Origin: Gemmatimonadota bacterium
Lineage (GTDB): Bacteria > Gemmatimonadota > Gemmatimonadetes > Gemmatimonadales > GWC2-71-9
Reading direction: 5' to 3'
NCBI GenBank assembly: GCA_009692185.1
Contig: SHZT01000005.1
Coordinates: 84,068-148,067 of the forward strand
Length of the DNA stretch: 64,000 nt
Below the pieces are notes generated by a model that saw only the letters and a program-made list of their open reading frames with translations, was not told the DNA's origin and did not search any database. Made by a program: the position numbers and the translations under genes. Numbering within the stretch: position 1 is the stretch's first letter; every line of letters starts with the position of its first letter. Below are positions 42,156 through 48,192 of the stretch, piece after piece.

Positions 42156-42919
42156 GCGACGGCTCCGGACGCGGCGTCTTCGGCATCGGCGGCGCCCTCG
42201 GGACGGCCCTCGATGAACTGGCGCACGACGGGATCATTGGACTGGCGGATTTCTTCCACCGTCCCCACGCGCCGCACGGCTCCACGGTAGAGCATAGCGA
42301 TGCGATCGCCGACCGTGAAGGCGCTCCGCATGTCGTGGGTGACGACCACGCCGGTCACGCCGAACTTCTCGCGGGCGCGGACCATGAGACGGTCGATGAC
42401 CGCGGACGTGACCGGGTCCAGCCCGGTGGTCGGCTCGTCGTACAGGATGTAGCGGGGCCGGAGGGCGATGGCGCGCGCGATCCCGACACGCTTCCGCATG
42501 CCGCCGGACAGCTCCGCCGGGTAGCGGTCATCCGCCCCCGTCAGCCCCACCAGCTCCAGCGATTCCGCCACGCGCTCCTCCATCTCCATCTCCGGCAAGT
42601 CCCGCCGCTTGAGGCCCAGCATCAGGTTCTCGCGAACTGTCAGGGAATCAAGCAGGGCGGCAAACTGGAAGACGAATCCGATCGACGCCCTCAGATCGGC
42701 CAGCTCGGGCCGTGAGAGAAGGTGCACGATTCGGCCGTCCACCTCAACCTCTCCGGCATCGGGCTCCAGCAAGCCCACGATGTGCTTGAGCGCCACGCTC
42801 TTCCCCGAGCCGGAGTAACCGATGATCGCCAGGGTCTCGCCCTCGCGGATTTCAAGGGAGAACCCCTGGAGCACGGCCTTCGGGCCGAAACGCTTGTGGA
42901 CGTCGCGGAAGATGATCAT
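42152..42919 (-). CDS. mlaF: Mla-type ABC transporter ATP-binding protein
   Basis: ATG 42919 (MIIFRDVHKRFG). Walker A GYSGSGKS, signature LSGGMRKRV and Walker B ILYDEPTTGLD are present. The 568-aa track ORF is an artefactual upstream extension through mlaE. Confidence 0.92.
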   Translation of the reverse strand: MIIFRDVHKRFGPKAVLQGFSLEIREGETLAIIGYSGSGKSVALKHIVGLLEPDAGEVEVDGRIVHLLSRPELADLRASIGFVFQFAALLDSLTVRENLMLGLKRRDLPEMEMEERVAESLELVGLTGADDRYPAELSGGMRKRVGIARAIALRPRYILYDEPTTGLDPVTSAVIDRLMVRAREKFGVTGVVVTHDMRSAFTVGDRIAMLYRGAVRRVGTVEEIRQSNDPVVRQFIEGRPEGAADAEDAASGAVA

Positions 42920-43680
42920 CAGAGCAGCACCACCGCCCAGAACGCGTCCAGCACGAGAATCACCTCCGCCGACAGCACCACCGCCTCGGTTGCCGCGCGG
43001 CCCACGCCCTCTGCCCCGCCCCGGACACTCAAACCCTTGACGCAGCCGATCAACGCGACCGCGAAGCCAAACGAGACCGCCTTCACCAGCCCGAACCAGA
43101 TGTCCTTGAAATTGTAGAAGATCTGGAGGCCCTTCACGAACTCGACGGTGGAAAGATCCAGCAGGTTGATAGCCGTAATCCACCCCGAAGCGACGCCAAC
43201 CGCCATGGCGGCGGCCACGACAACGGGAAACATCACCGTAGCGGCCAGGACGCGGGGCAGGACGAGGTAGGAGAACGGGTTGTAGGCCAGCGTCTCCAGT
43301 GCATCCACCTGTTCCGTGACCCGCATGGTGCCCAGTTCCGCGGCAATATTTGCCCCCACGCGCCCCGACAGGGCGAGCCCCGTGAGGACCGGCGCCAGTT
43401 CGAGCATGACCGTCTTCCCTACGAGCGTGCCAACGAAGTAGAGCGGCACGGCGCCGGTGAACGTATAGGACGACTGGAGAGCGAGCACCACGCCGGTGAA
43501 CGCGGAAATGAACAGACCAATGGGGAGCGAATTGACGCCAATTCGCCGCATCTGGACCACGGTGAGGCCCGGCCAGATGCGCGTGTCGCGCGCGCTGGAA
43601 ACGGTATCGGACACGAAGTGACCGACCCGCCCGAGGCCTGAGAGCCAATCGGCGACGCGCTGTGTAATCACCTGGTACAT
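42919..43680 (-). CDS. mlaE: Mla-type ABC transporter permease
   Basis: 253 aa and polytopic. MlaE family conservation is visible (..VVQMRRIGVNSLPI....GRVGANIAAELGTMRVTEQVDALE..). Its stop overlaps the mlaF ATG (ATGA). Confidence 0.9.
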   Translation of the reverse strand: MYQVITQRVADWLSGLGRVGHFVSDTVSSARDTRIWPGLTVVQMRRIGVNSLPIGLFISAFTGVVLALQSSYTFTGAVPLYFVGTLVGKTVMLELAPVLTGLALSGRVGANIAAELGTMRVTEQVDALETLAYNPFSYLVLPRVLAATVMFPVVVAAAMAVGVASGWITAINLLDLSTVEFVKGLQIFYNFKDIWFGLVKAVSFGFAVALIGCVKGLSVRGGAEGVGRAATEAVVLSAEVILVLDAFWAVVLL

Positions 43681-43703
43681 GTGGGGCGAATGTAGTGAAA
43701 GGC

Positions 43704-43827
43704 GGGCAGGATGGGCAGGACGGGCAGGACGGGCAAGGCGGGCAAGAGCGTTCAGGTGCAGAAAAATGGGGCCTCACCTGAGGCCCCACTTGTCCGTCCC
43801 GCCCGTCTCGCCCGCCCCGTCTGTCAG
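43704..43827. repeat. 9-nt stutter palindrome: (GGGCAGGAY-like)x5 on the left arm, complementary C-rich 9-mers x4 on the right arm, flanking a terminator hairpin
   Basis: The left units are GGGCAGGAT, GGGCAGGAC, GGGCAGGAC, GGGCAAGGC and GGGCAAGAG (43704-43748). The right units are GTCCGTCCC, GCCCGTCTC, GCCCGCCCC and GTCTGTCAG (43792-43827). All were read directly. Confidence 0.8.
43762..43787 (-). terminator. rho-independent terminator of the sigma factor gene
   Basis: The minus strand reads GGGGCCTCA-GG-TGAGGCCCC followed by ATTTTTC. This lies 37 nt after the stop at 43824. Confidence 0.8.
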
Positions 43828-44717
43828 GCCGCGAAGCTGGCCAGGGCCTTGCCGACATCGCCCTCGCGGAGCCGTTTCAAGGCGCGGTCTCGCAACTGGC
43901 GCACCCGTTCCCGGGTTACGCCCAGCATGCCGCCGATTTCCTCCAGCGTGTGTTCACGGCCGCCATCCAGCCCGAAGTACAGCCGAAGCACCTTGGCGTC
44001 GCGGGGCGGGAGGGTGCGGAGCGCCTGCTCGACTTCGTCGGACAGGAAACGCTCCATCGTTTTTTCTTCGGTGTCCGGCTGATCTTCGGCGATAAACCGC
44101 TCGATGAGGGCTCGGTCGCCGTCGGGATCAAGCGGAGCATCGAGGCGTACCTCGCCAGTATTCAGGGCGGCGAGGGACTGCACTACCTCGAGCGAAAGCC
44201 CCGTGGCCTGGCCGATTTCCTCGGGCGTTGGCTCGCGCCGCAGCTCCTGCCTAAGGGCCTCAGCCGTCCGGACGATCTTGGACAGGTCGGCCGTGCGGTT
44301 GAGCGGCACCCGGACTGTTCGGCCGTGGCGGGCCAGCGAAGCCAGGATGGCCTGCCGAATCCACCAGACGGCGTACGAGATGAACTTGACCCCCTGGTCG
44401 GGGTCGAACTTCCGGGCCGCCGTAAGCAGCCCGACGTTCCCCTCGCCGATCAGGTCGGTGAGCGGGAGGCCCCGGTTCTGGTACTTCTTGGCGACGGAGA
44501 TCACGAAGCGCAGGTTGCGCTTGGCCAGCTCCTGCATGGCGGCTTGGTCCCCCGCCCGCACCTTCTTCGCCAGCTCGATTTCCTGCTGAGCGGTCAGCAG
44601 GGGAGTCTTGCTGACCTCGTACAGGTACTGGTCGAGGAGGTCCCGGTCGTCTTCATTAGCCGACAACAGGGGGGCCGGACGCCGACGCCGCTTTTTCGGT
44701 TCTCGTGCCTGGGCCAT
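43824..44717 (-). CDS. rpoD: RNA polymerase sigma-70 family factor, short primary-type (RpoD/SigA-like, ~297 aa)
   Basis: ATG 44717 (MAQAREPKKRRR). Region 2 reads RNLRFVISVAKKYQNRGLPLTDLIGEGNVGLLTAARKFDPDQGVKFISYAVWWIRQAI. Region 3 is present. Region 4.2 reads TLEEIGGMLGVTRERVRQLRDRALKRLR. The short length resembles Bacteroidota-type primary sigma factors. Whether it is group 1 or group 2 is not resolved. Confidence 0.85.
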   Translation of the reverse strand: MAQAREPKKRRRRPAPLLSANEDDRDLLDQYLYEVSKTPLLTAQQEIELAKKVRAGDQAAMQELAKRNLRFVISVAKKYQNRGLPLTDLIGEGNVGLLTAARKFDPDQGVKFISYAVWWIRQAILASLARHGRTVRVPLNRTADLSKIVRTAEALRQELRREPTPEEIGQATGLSLEVVQSLAALNTGEVRLDAPLDPDGDRALIERFIAEDQPDTEEKTMERFLSDEVEQALRTLPPRDAKVLRLYFGLDGGREHTLEEIGGMLGVTRERVRQLRDRALKRLREGDVGKALASFAA

Positions 44718-44836
44718 GACCTTCTCGCGTATGGCGTTACGAGCCCTGCTTCGGGGTGGAACGTGGCTCGAAAATTCTCGTGGCCCGGGCTCATACCCCG
44801 ACCACGCGGGGATGTTCATGAGGCCCAAAACCTTGC

Positions 44837-44865
44837 TTGACACCTACAAAACCCCCGGCTAGGTT
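44837..44865 (+). promoter_or_regulatory. candidate sigma-70 promoter for the tRNA cluster (TTGACA-N17-TAGGTT)
   Basis: The hexamers were read directly. They lie about 50 nt upstream of tRNA-Ala. Confidence 0.4.
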
Positions 44866-44910
44866 GCCGTGTTCCCAGCGGGGCGGCGCCTGGGAGCGGC
44901 CAAATATAAC

Positions 44911-44983
44911 GGGGGCGTAGCTCAGTTGGGAGAGCGCGTGAATGGCATTCACGAGGTCAGGGGTTCGATCCCCCTCGCCTCCA
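44911..44983 (+). tRNA. tRNA-Ala (anticodon GGC)
   Basis: Manual cloverleaf. The acceptor is GGGGGCG/CGCCTCC with the G3:U70 Ala identity pair. The anticodon loop is ATGGCAT and the T-loop is TTCGATC. CCA is not encoded. Confidence 0.93.
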
Positions 44984-45096
44984 CTGGCCGGCTGGGCGGC
45001 TAGACGGTTCGATGGTTAGTGGCAAAGATACGCGTAGACCCGACAGATCGAACGCCAAATCGCCTAACCGACCAACCGTTCAACCATCCGTTTCTC
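44984..45096. repeat. imperfect long palindrome in the tRNA-Ala/tRNA-Gly spacer built from GGTT-rich short motifs
   Basis: The left arm is ..GACGGTTCGATGGTTAGTGGC. The reverse complement of the right arm is ACGGATGGTTGAACGGTTGGTCGGTTAGGCGATTTGGC. The architecture matches the elements at 45524-45614 and 50733-50811, but the motif differs. Confidence 0.4.
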
Positions 45097-45169
45097 GCGG
45101 GAATAGCTCAGTTGGTAGAGCACAACCTTGCCAAGGTTGGGGTCGCGGGTTCGAGTCCCGTTTCCCGCT
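45097..45169 (+). tRNA. tRNA-Gly (anticodon GCC)
   Basis: Manual cloverleaf: acceptor GCGGGAA/TTCCCGC, anticodon loop TTGCCAA, T-loop TTCGAGT. Confidence 0.93.
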
Positions 45170-45206
45170 CTCGAGGAGTCGTTGGTAGTCAGTACAAGAC
45201 AAGCGT

Positions 45207-45443
45207 CGCGGGGTGGAGCAGTCTCGGAGGCAGAGCTGAAGCTCTGGCTCGCTGGTCTGAGGCGGCTCAAGCCGCCAAACAACGGCGCGGGGTGGAGCAG
45301 TCTCGGAGGCAGAGCTGAAGCTATGGCTCGCTGGTCTGAGGCGGCTCAAGCCGCCAAACAACGGCGCGGGGTGGAGCAGTCTCGGAGGCAGAGCTGAAGC
45401 GCTGGCTCGTTGGTCTGAGGCGGCTCAAGCCGCCAAACAACGG
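45207..45443 (+). repeat. 3 tandem 79-bp units, each starting with nt 1-18 of the initiator tRNA (CGCGGGGTGGAGCAGTCT)
   Basis: The units are 45207-45285, 45286-45364 and 45365-45443. Only three substitutions occur among the copies (45323, 45401, 45410). The array abuts the intact tRNA at 45444. Confidence 0.97.
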
Positions 45444-45517
45444 CGCGGGGTGGAGCAGTCTGGTAGCTCGCCGGGCTCATAACCCGGAGGTCGTGGGTTC
45501 AAATCCCACCCCCGCTA
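45444..45517 (+). tRNA. initiator tRNA-fMet (anticodon CAT)
   Basis: It is near-identical in layout to E. coli tRNA-fMet. Positions 1 and 72 are unpaired (C1 x U72). Three consecutive G:C pairs close the anticodon stem (CCGGG/CCCGG). The anticodon loop is CTCATAA and the discriminator is A73. Confidence 0.92.
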
Positions 45518-45523
45518 CTACAG

Positions 45524-45614
45524 ATCGGATGGGCGGATAGGCGCTTAGGCGGATGGTTGGGACGGCGGATCACGAGGGTACCATTCCGCCCATCCGGCCA
45601 TCCGCCTATCCGTC
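45524..45614. repeat. 8-nt stutter palindrome in the tRNA-fMet/tRNA-Val spacer (GGCGGATR-type units left, YATCCGYC units right)
   Basis: GGCGGAT occurs at 45532, 45548 and 45564, with degenerate 8-mers between. The right arm is ATTCCGCC CATCCGGC CATCCGCC TATCCGTC (45583-45614). Confidence 0.75.
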
Positions 45615-45621
45615 TCAGTTC

Positions 45622-45695
45622 GGGCGGTTAGCTCAGTTGGTTAGAGCGCCACGTTGACATCGTGGAGGTCACTAGTTCGAGCCTAGTACCGCCCA
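45622..45695 (+). tRNA. tRNA-Val (anticodon GAC)
   Basis: Manual cloverleaf: acceptor GGGCGGT/ACCGCCC, anticodon loop TTGACAT, T-loop TTCGAGC. Confidence 0.93.
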
Positions 45696-45707
45696 TCCGG
45701 TTTTCCA

Positions 45708-45781
45708 GCGCCCATAGCTCAACTGGATAGAGCGTTTGGCTACGGACCAAAAGGCTGGGGGTTCGAGTCCCTCTGGGCGCA
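45708..45781 (+). tRNA. tRNA-Arg (anticodon ACG)
   Basis: Manual cloverleaf: acceptor GCGCCCA/TGGGCGC, anticodon loop CTACGGA, T-loop TTCGAGT. Confidence 0.92.
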
Positions 45782-45788
45782 TGTTTCA

Positions 45789-45865
<77 letters not shown>

Positions 45866-45871
45866 CGATTT

Positions 45872-45945
<74 letters not shown>

Positions 45946-45990
45946 CTCGCCAGCCCCCAGCACATCCCGACATCGCCGATCCCGCTGGCC

Positions 45991-46021
45991 AAAAAGAACC
46001 CCGGACATCCTGGCCCGGGGT
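45991..46021 (-). terminator. rho-independent terminator of the lipoprotein gene ending at 46039
   Basis: The minus strand reads ACCCCGG-GCCAGGATGT-CCGGGGT followed by TCTTTTT. Confidence 0.65.
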
Positions 46022-46038
46022 GCATGCCTGCCGACGTC

Positions 46039-47406
46039 TCAGTGCGGCGGCCTACGACTGCCCTCGTTCGGAACGTCGCTCCGTCCGCCTCGCCTCCCGC
46101 TGGCTTTCGTGCTCGATCCGTCTCGCTTGGGCGGCTTCCCGGCGTTCGCGCGCGTGCTCGACGCGCGCGGAGCGGTCCGGCGTAGCGGCCGGACGTGTCC
46201 CAACCACCGCCGCAGGCCGCGCCTGCTTGGGCGCCCGGGTTGGCCGAGCCGCCGGGGAACCGATCGCGACCGCCGCTGTCGTAGAGATGGCCGATGGCGC
46301 CGCCGTCGCTGGGGGCGCGAGAGTGGGCAGGCCGCCGGGAGCCGCGGCGAGATGGGCTGTCGAATCGACTCGACCAGCCACGCAGTCCGCACCAGTTCGG
46401 AGAAGTACAGGGCGGCCCGGGAGTAGTCGCCGGCGTCTTCCGCCAGGAGACCGCGCGAATACGCCAGGAACGCCTGGACGTTCTGCGTGCCGTTTTCCAG
46501 GATGGCCTGACGTTCGGCCACCGAAAGCGTGTAGCCGAGCCGGGTCACCACGGAGACGACGAGGTCCTTCTCGAGTCGCAGGAGGTCCCGCATTTGCCCG
46601 TTGACCTGCCCCGCGTTCCCCACTTCGCCGGTACGCTCGACCACGCTGGCCTCGAGGCGAACCGGCCCGCTGGACGGGATGGTCGCGAGGCCTTGTACGA
46701 TGCGGCCGGCCTGGACCAGCCGACCGACCCGCGCGGCCGTGGCTGGATCGACCCGCGTGCCCTGGCTGAATTTCATTTCATCCAGCAGGGCGCCGATCTG
46801 CACCCGCTCCACGAGCTTGAACTGATTCAGCATACCGATGTCGGAGATCATCATTTGGGCCAGGCCCCGCGAGAGAGGCTGGTAAGACGAGTCACCGATG
46901 ATCTGGAGCGGGAGAATCCCGATAGTGCGCGCATCGCCGGGCTGCTGCGCCAGCTGCTGCTCCTGGATGAGCGCGCGGCGGGCCATGGACGTGGCCTGGT
47001 CGCGCCGGGCGAGCAACTGCCGCGCCCGCACCGCCGGCGCGCCGTTTCCCTTGCTGTTGGCACCGAGGTACGTCTCGTAGGTCGCGACGGCGCGGTCGTA
47101 CTCACCGGCGCGTTCCTGGCACTGCCCGAGGACCATGACCGGCACCGCGTCGGACGGACGGGCGCCCATCGCGCGCCGGGCCACCGGCTGGGCCGAATCG
47201 CACGATCCGCCGGCAAACAGCGCGGCCGCGTACCGGACGAGCAGGTTGGCGTTATCGGGCTCCTTCTGGAGGCGCGCCGCCAGGTCAGGGACTTCCTGGG
47301 GCGAAACCGCGGCCGGCCCGCGTCCCGCACATGCCGTCAGCGCGGCGAGCAGGGGCAGGCCGCGCAGGATGCGCGCGGCGTTGAAACGTGAATGTGGCTC
47401 GGGCAT
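46039..47406 (-). CDS. lipoprotein with TPR-like N-terminal region and CsgG/LpoB-like domain; C-terminal ~110 aa of uncertain frame
   Basis: ATG 47406 gives MPEPHSRFNAARILRGLPLLAALTAC (lipobox). The central region IGILPLQIIGDSSYQPLSRGLAQMMISDIGMLNQFKLVERVQIGALLDEMKF resembles CsgG/HfaB/LpoB-type domains. The tail is extremely Arg-rich (see findings). Confidence 0.55.
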   Translation of the reverse strand: MPEPHSRFNAARILRGLPLLAALTACAGRGPAAVSPQEVPDLAARLQKEPDNANLLVRYAAALFAGGSCDSAQPVARRAMGARPSDAVPVMVLGQCQERAGEYDRAVATYETYLGANSKGNGAPAVRARQLLARRDQATSMARRALIQEQQLAQQPGDARTIGILPLQIIGDSSYQPLSRGLAQMMISDIGMLNQFKLVERVQIGALLDEMKFSQGTRVDPATAARVGRLVQAGRIVQGLATIPSSGPVRLEASVVERTGEVGNAGQVNGQMRDLLRLEKDLVVSVVTRLGYTLSVAERQAILENGTQNVQAFLAYSRGLLAEDAGDYSRAALYFSELVRTAWLVESIRQPISPRLPAACPLSRPQRRRRHRPSLRQRRSRSVPRRLGQPGRPSRRGLRRWLGHVRPLRRTAPRASSTRANAGKPPKRDGSSTKASGRRGGRSDVPNEGSRRPPH

Positions 47407-47639
47407 GTTGTCGCTCCGGATGCTTCCGAGGGGGCTCCCTACTGCCGGGAATCTCGCGGGAAAGGTCAACTTCGCCACGGCCCCTACCCTCGTCAAGTAC
47501 GACTCCGATGGTTTTTTATCGAGATGAGTATCGAGGGAAAGGGCACAAATCGCGGTGCGGTGGGTCACACCCGGTCGAGCACGATTTCGGGTGGGGGCGC
47601 CCGAATGTGCGCCACGTCACCCCGCTGCTGAGGCGGCCT

Positions 47640-47828
47640 TCAGACTTGCGCCATGATGTCCCGCATGCGCCGGGACAAGCCCTCGATTTCCCTCAGGGAG
47701 GCCACGGTCTCCGGGTCCAGCGTTTCTGCCCGGAGGAGCAGGAGCTGAGTTTCGGCCAAGATAGCGGACAACGGATTCGCCAGGTCGTGCCGGAACCGGC
47801 GGAGCAGGTCCTCCATGGATTCGTTCAT
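47640..47828 (-). CDS. stand-alone HisKA (DHp) domain mini-protein, 62 aa
   Basis: RFRHDLANPLSAILAETQLLLL...LREIEGLSRRMRDIM matches the H-box plus the two-helix HisKA pattern. Third-position GC is high. The ATG overlaps the stop of the upstream 95-aa ORF (ATGA). No HATPase_c coding capacity lies downstream. Confidence 0.65.
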   Translation of the reverse strand: MNESMEDLLRRFRHDLANPLSAILAETQLLLLRAETLDPETVASLREIEGLSRRMRDIMAQV

Positions 47829-48112
47829 TCGCCCAGGGAGCGGTAGAGGTCCCGCAGATGGTGCTCGCGAAGGTCGCGCACGGATTGCCAGAGGTCGCTC
47901 TCGGTCGCCGCGCAGAAGATGTCGGCCGTGGCCCGGGGGTCGGGCTGGTCAGCGATTCCGAACACCAAGCGCCCCCGCCACAGCCCGTCCTCCGAGCGCC
48001 ATGCCGCAAGCCGAATAGGCACATCGACTCCCGCCACGCGAAGCGGCGGAAGGTCGTGGACGACGGGTTCGTTGGTCTTGGGCGATCCGAAGCGGGCTGG
48101 ATTTGCTGACAC
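47825..48112 (-). CDS. hypothetical protein, 95 aa
   Basis: GTG start. Codon bias looks coding. It is translationally coupled to the HisKA-only ORF. I recognise no domain. Confidence 0.5.
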   Translation of the reverse strand: MSANPARFGSPKTNEPVVHDLPPLRVAGVDVPIRLAAWRSEDGLWRGRLVFGIADQPDPRATADIFCAATESDLWQSVRDLREHHLRDLYRSLGE

Positions 48113-48137
48113 GGTTCAGCTCGCAGTGGTTTGTGGA

Positions 48138-48165
48138 AATATAAGCCCGACTATGACTTATGCAA
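48138..48165 (-). promoter_or_regulatory. candidate sigma-70 promoter (minus strand TTGCAT-N16-TATATT) for the 95-aa/HisKA-only gene pair
   Basis: The hexamers were read on the reverse complement of the AT-rich 80-bp gap. The -10 lies about 25 nt upstream of the GTG at 48112. Confidence 0.4.
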
Positions 48166-48192
48166 TGACGGAGGGCTTCTATCCGCCTACAT

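Noticed and set aside
42152-43858. 568-aa ORF suggesting a large fusion protein upstream of the ABC ATPase
   Set aside because: Only the last 255 aa (from ATG 42919) are homologous to MlaF. The upstream part overlaps mlaE in another frame and runs through the 9-mer repeat and terminator. Its sequence is Arg/Gly/Pro-rich and non-protein-like.
45019-45397. ORFs of 72-99 aa on both strands running through the tRNA-Gly gene and the 79-bp repeats, giving repetitive peptides (..GGAVSEAELKLWLAGLRRLKPPNN..)
   Set aside because: The repeat period (79) is not a multiple of 3, so the frame changes in every unit. These ORFs overlap a bona fide tRNA and have no start or RBS context. They are a by-product of stop-poor GC-rich repeats.
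45207-45443. Possible CRISPR array or integrative-element att duplication at the tRNA cluster
   Set aside because: The units are contiguous with no spacers, so it is not a CRISPR array. The duplicated segment is the 5' end of the tRNA, whereas att sites normally duplicate the 3' end. No integrase, recombinase or cas gene lies anywhere in the window.
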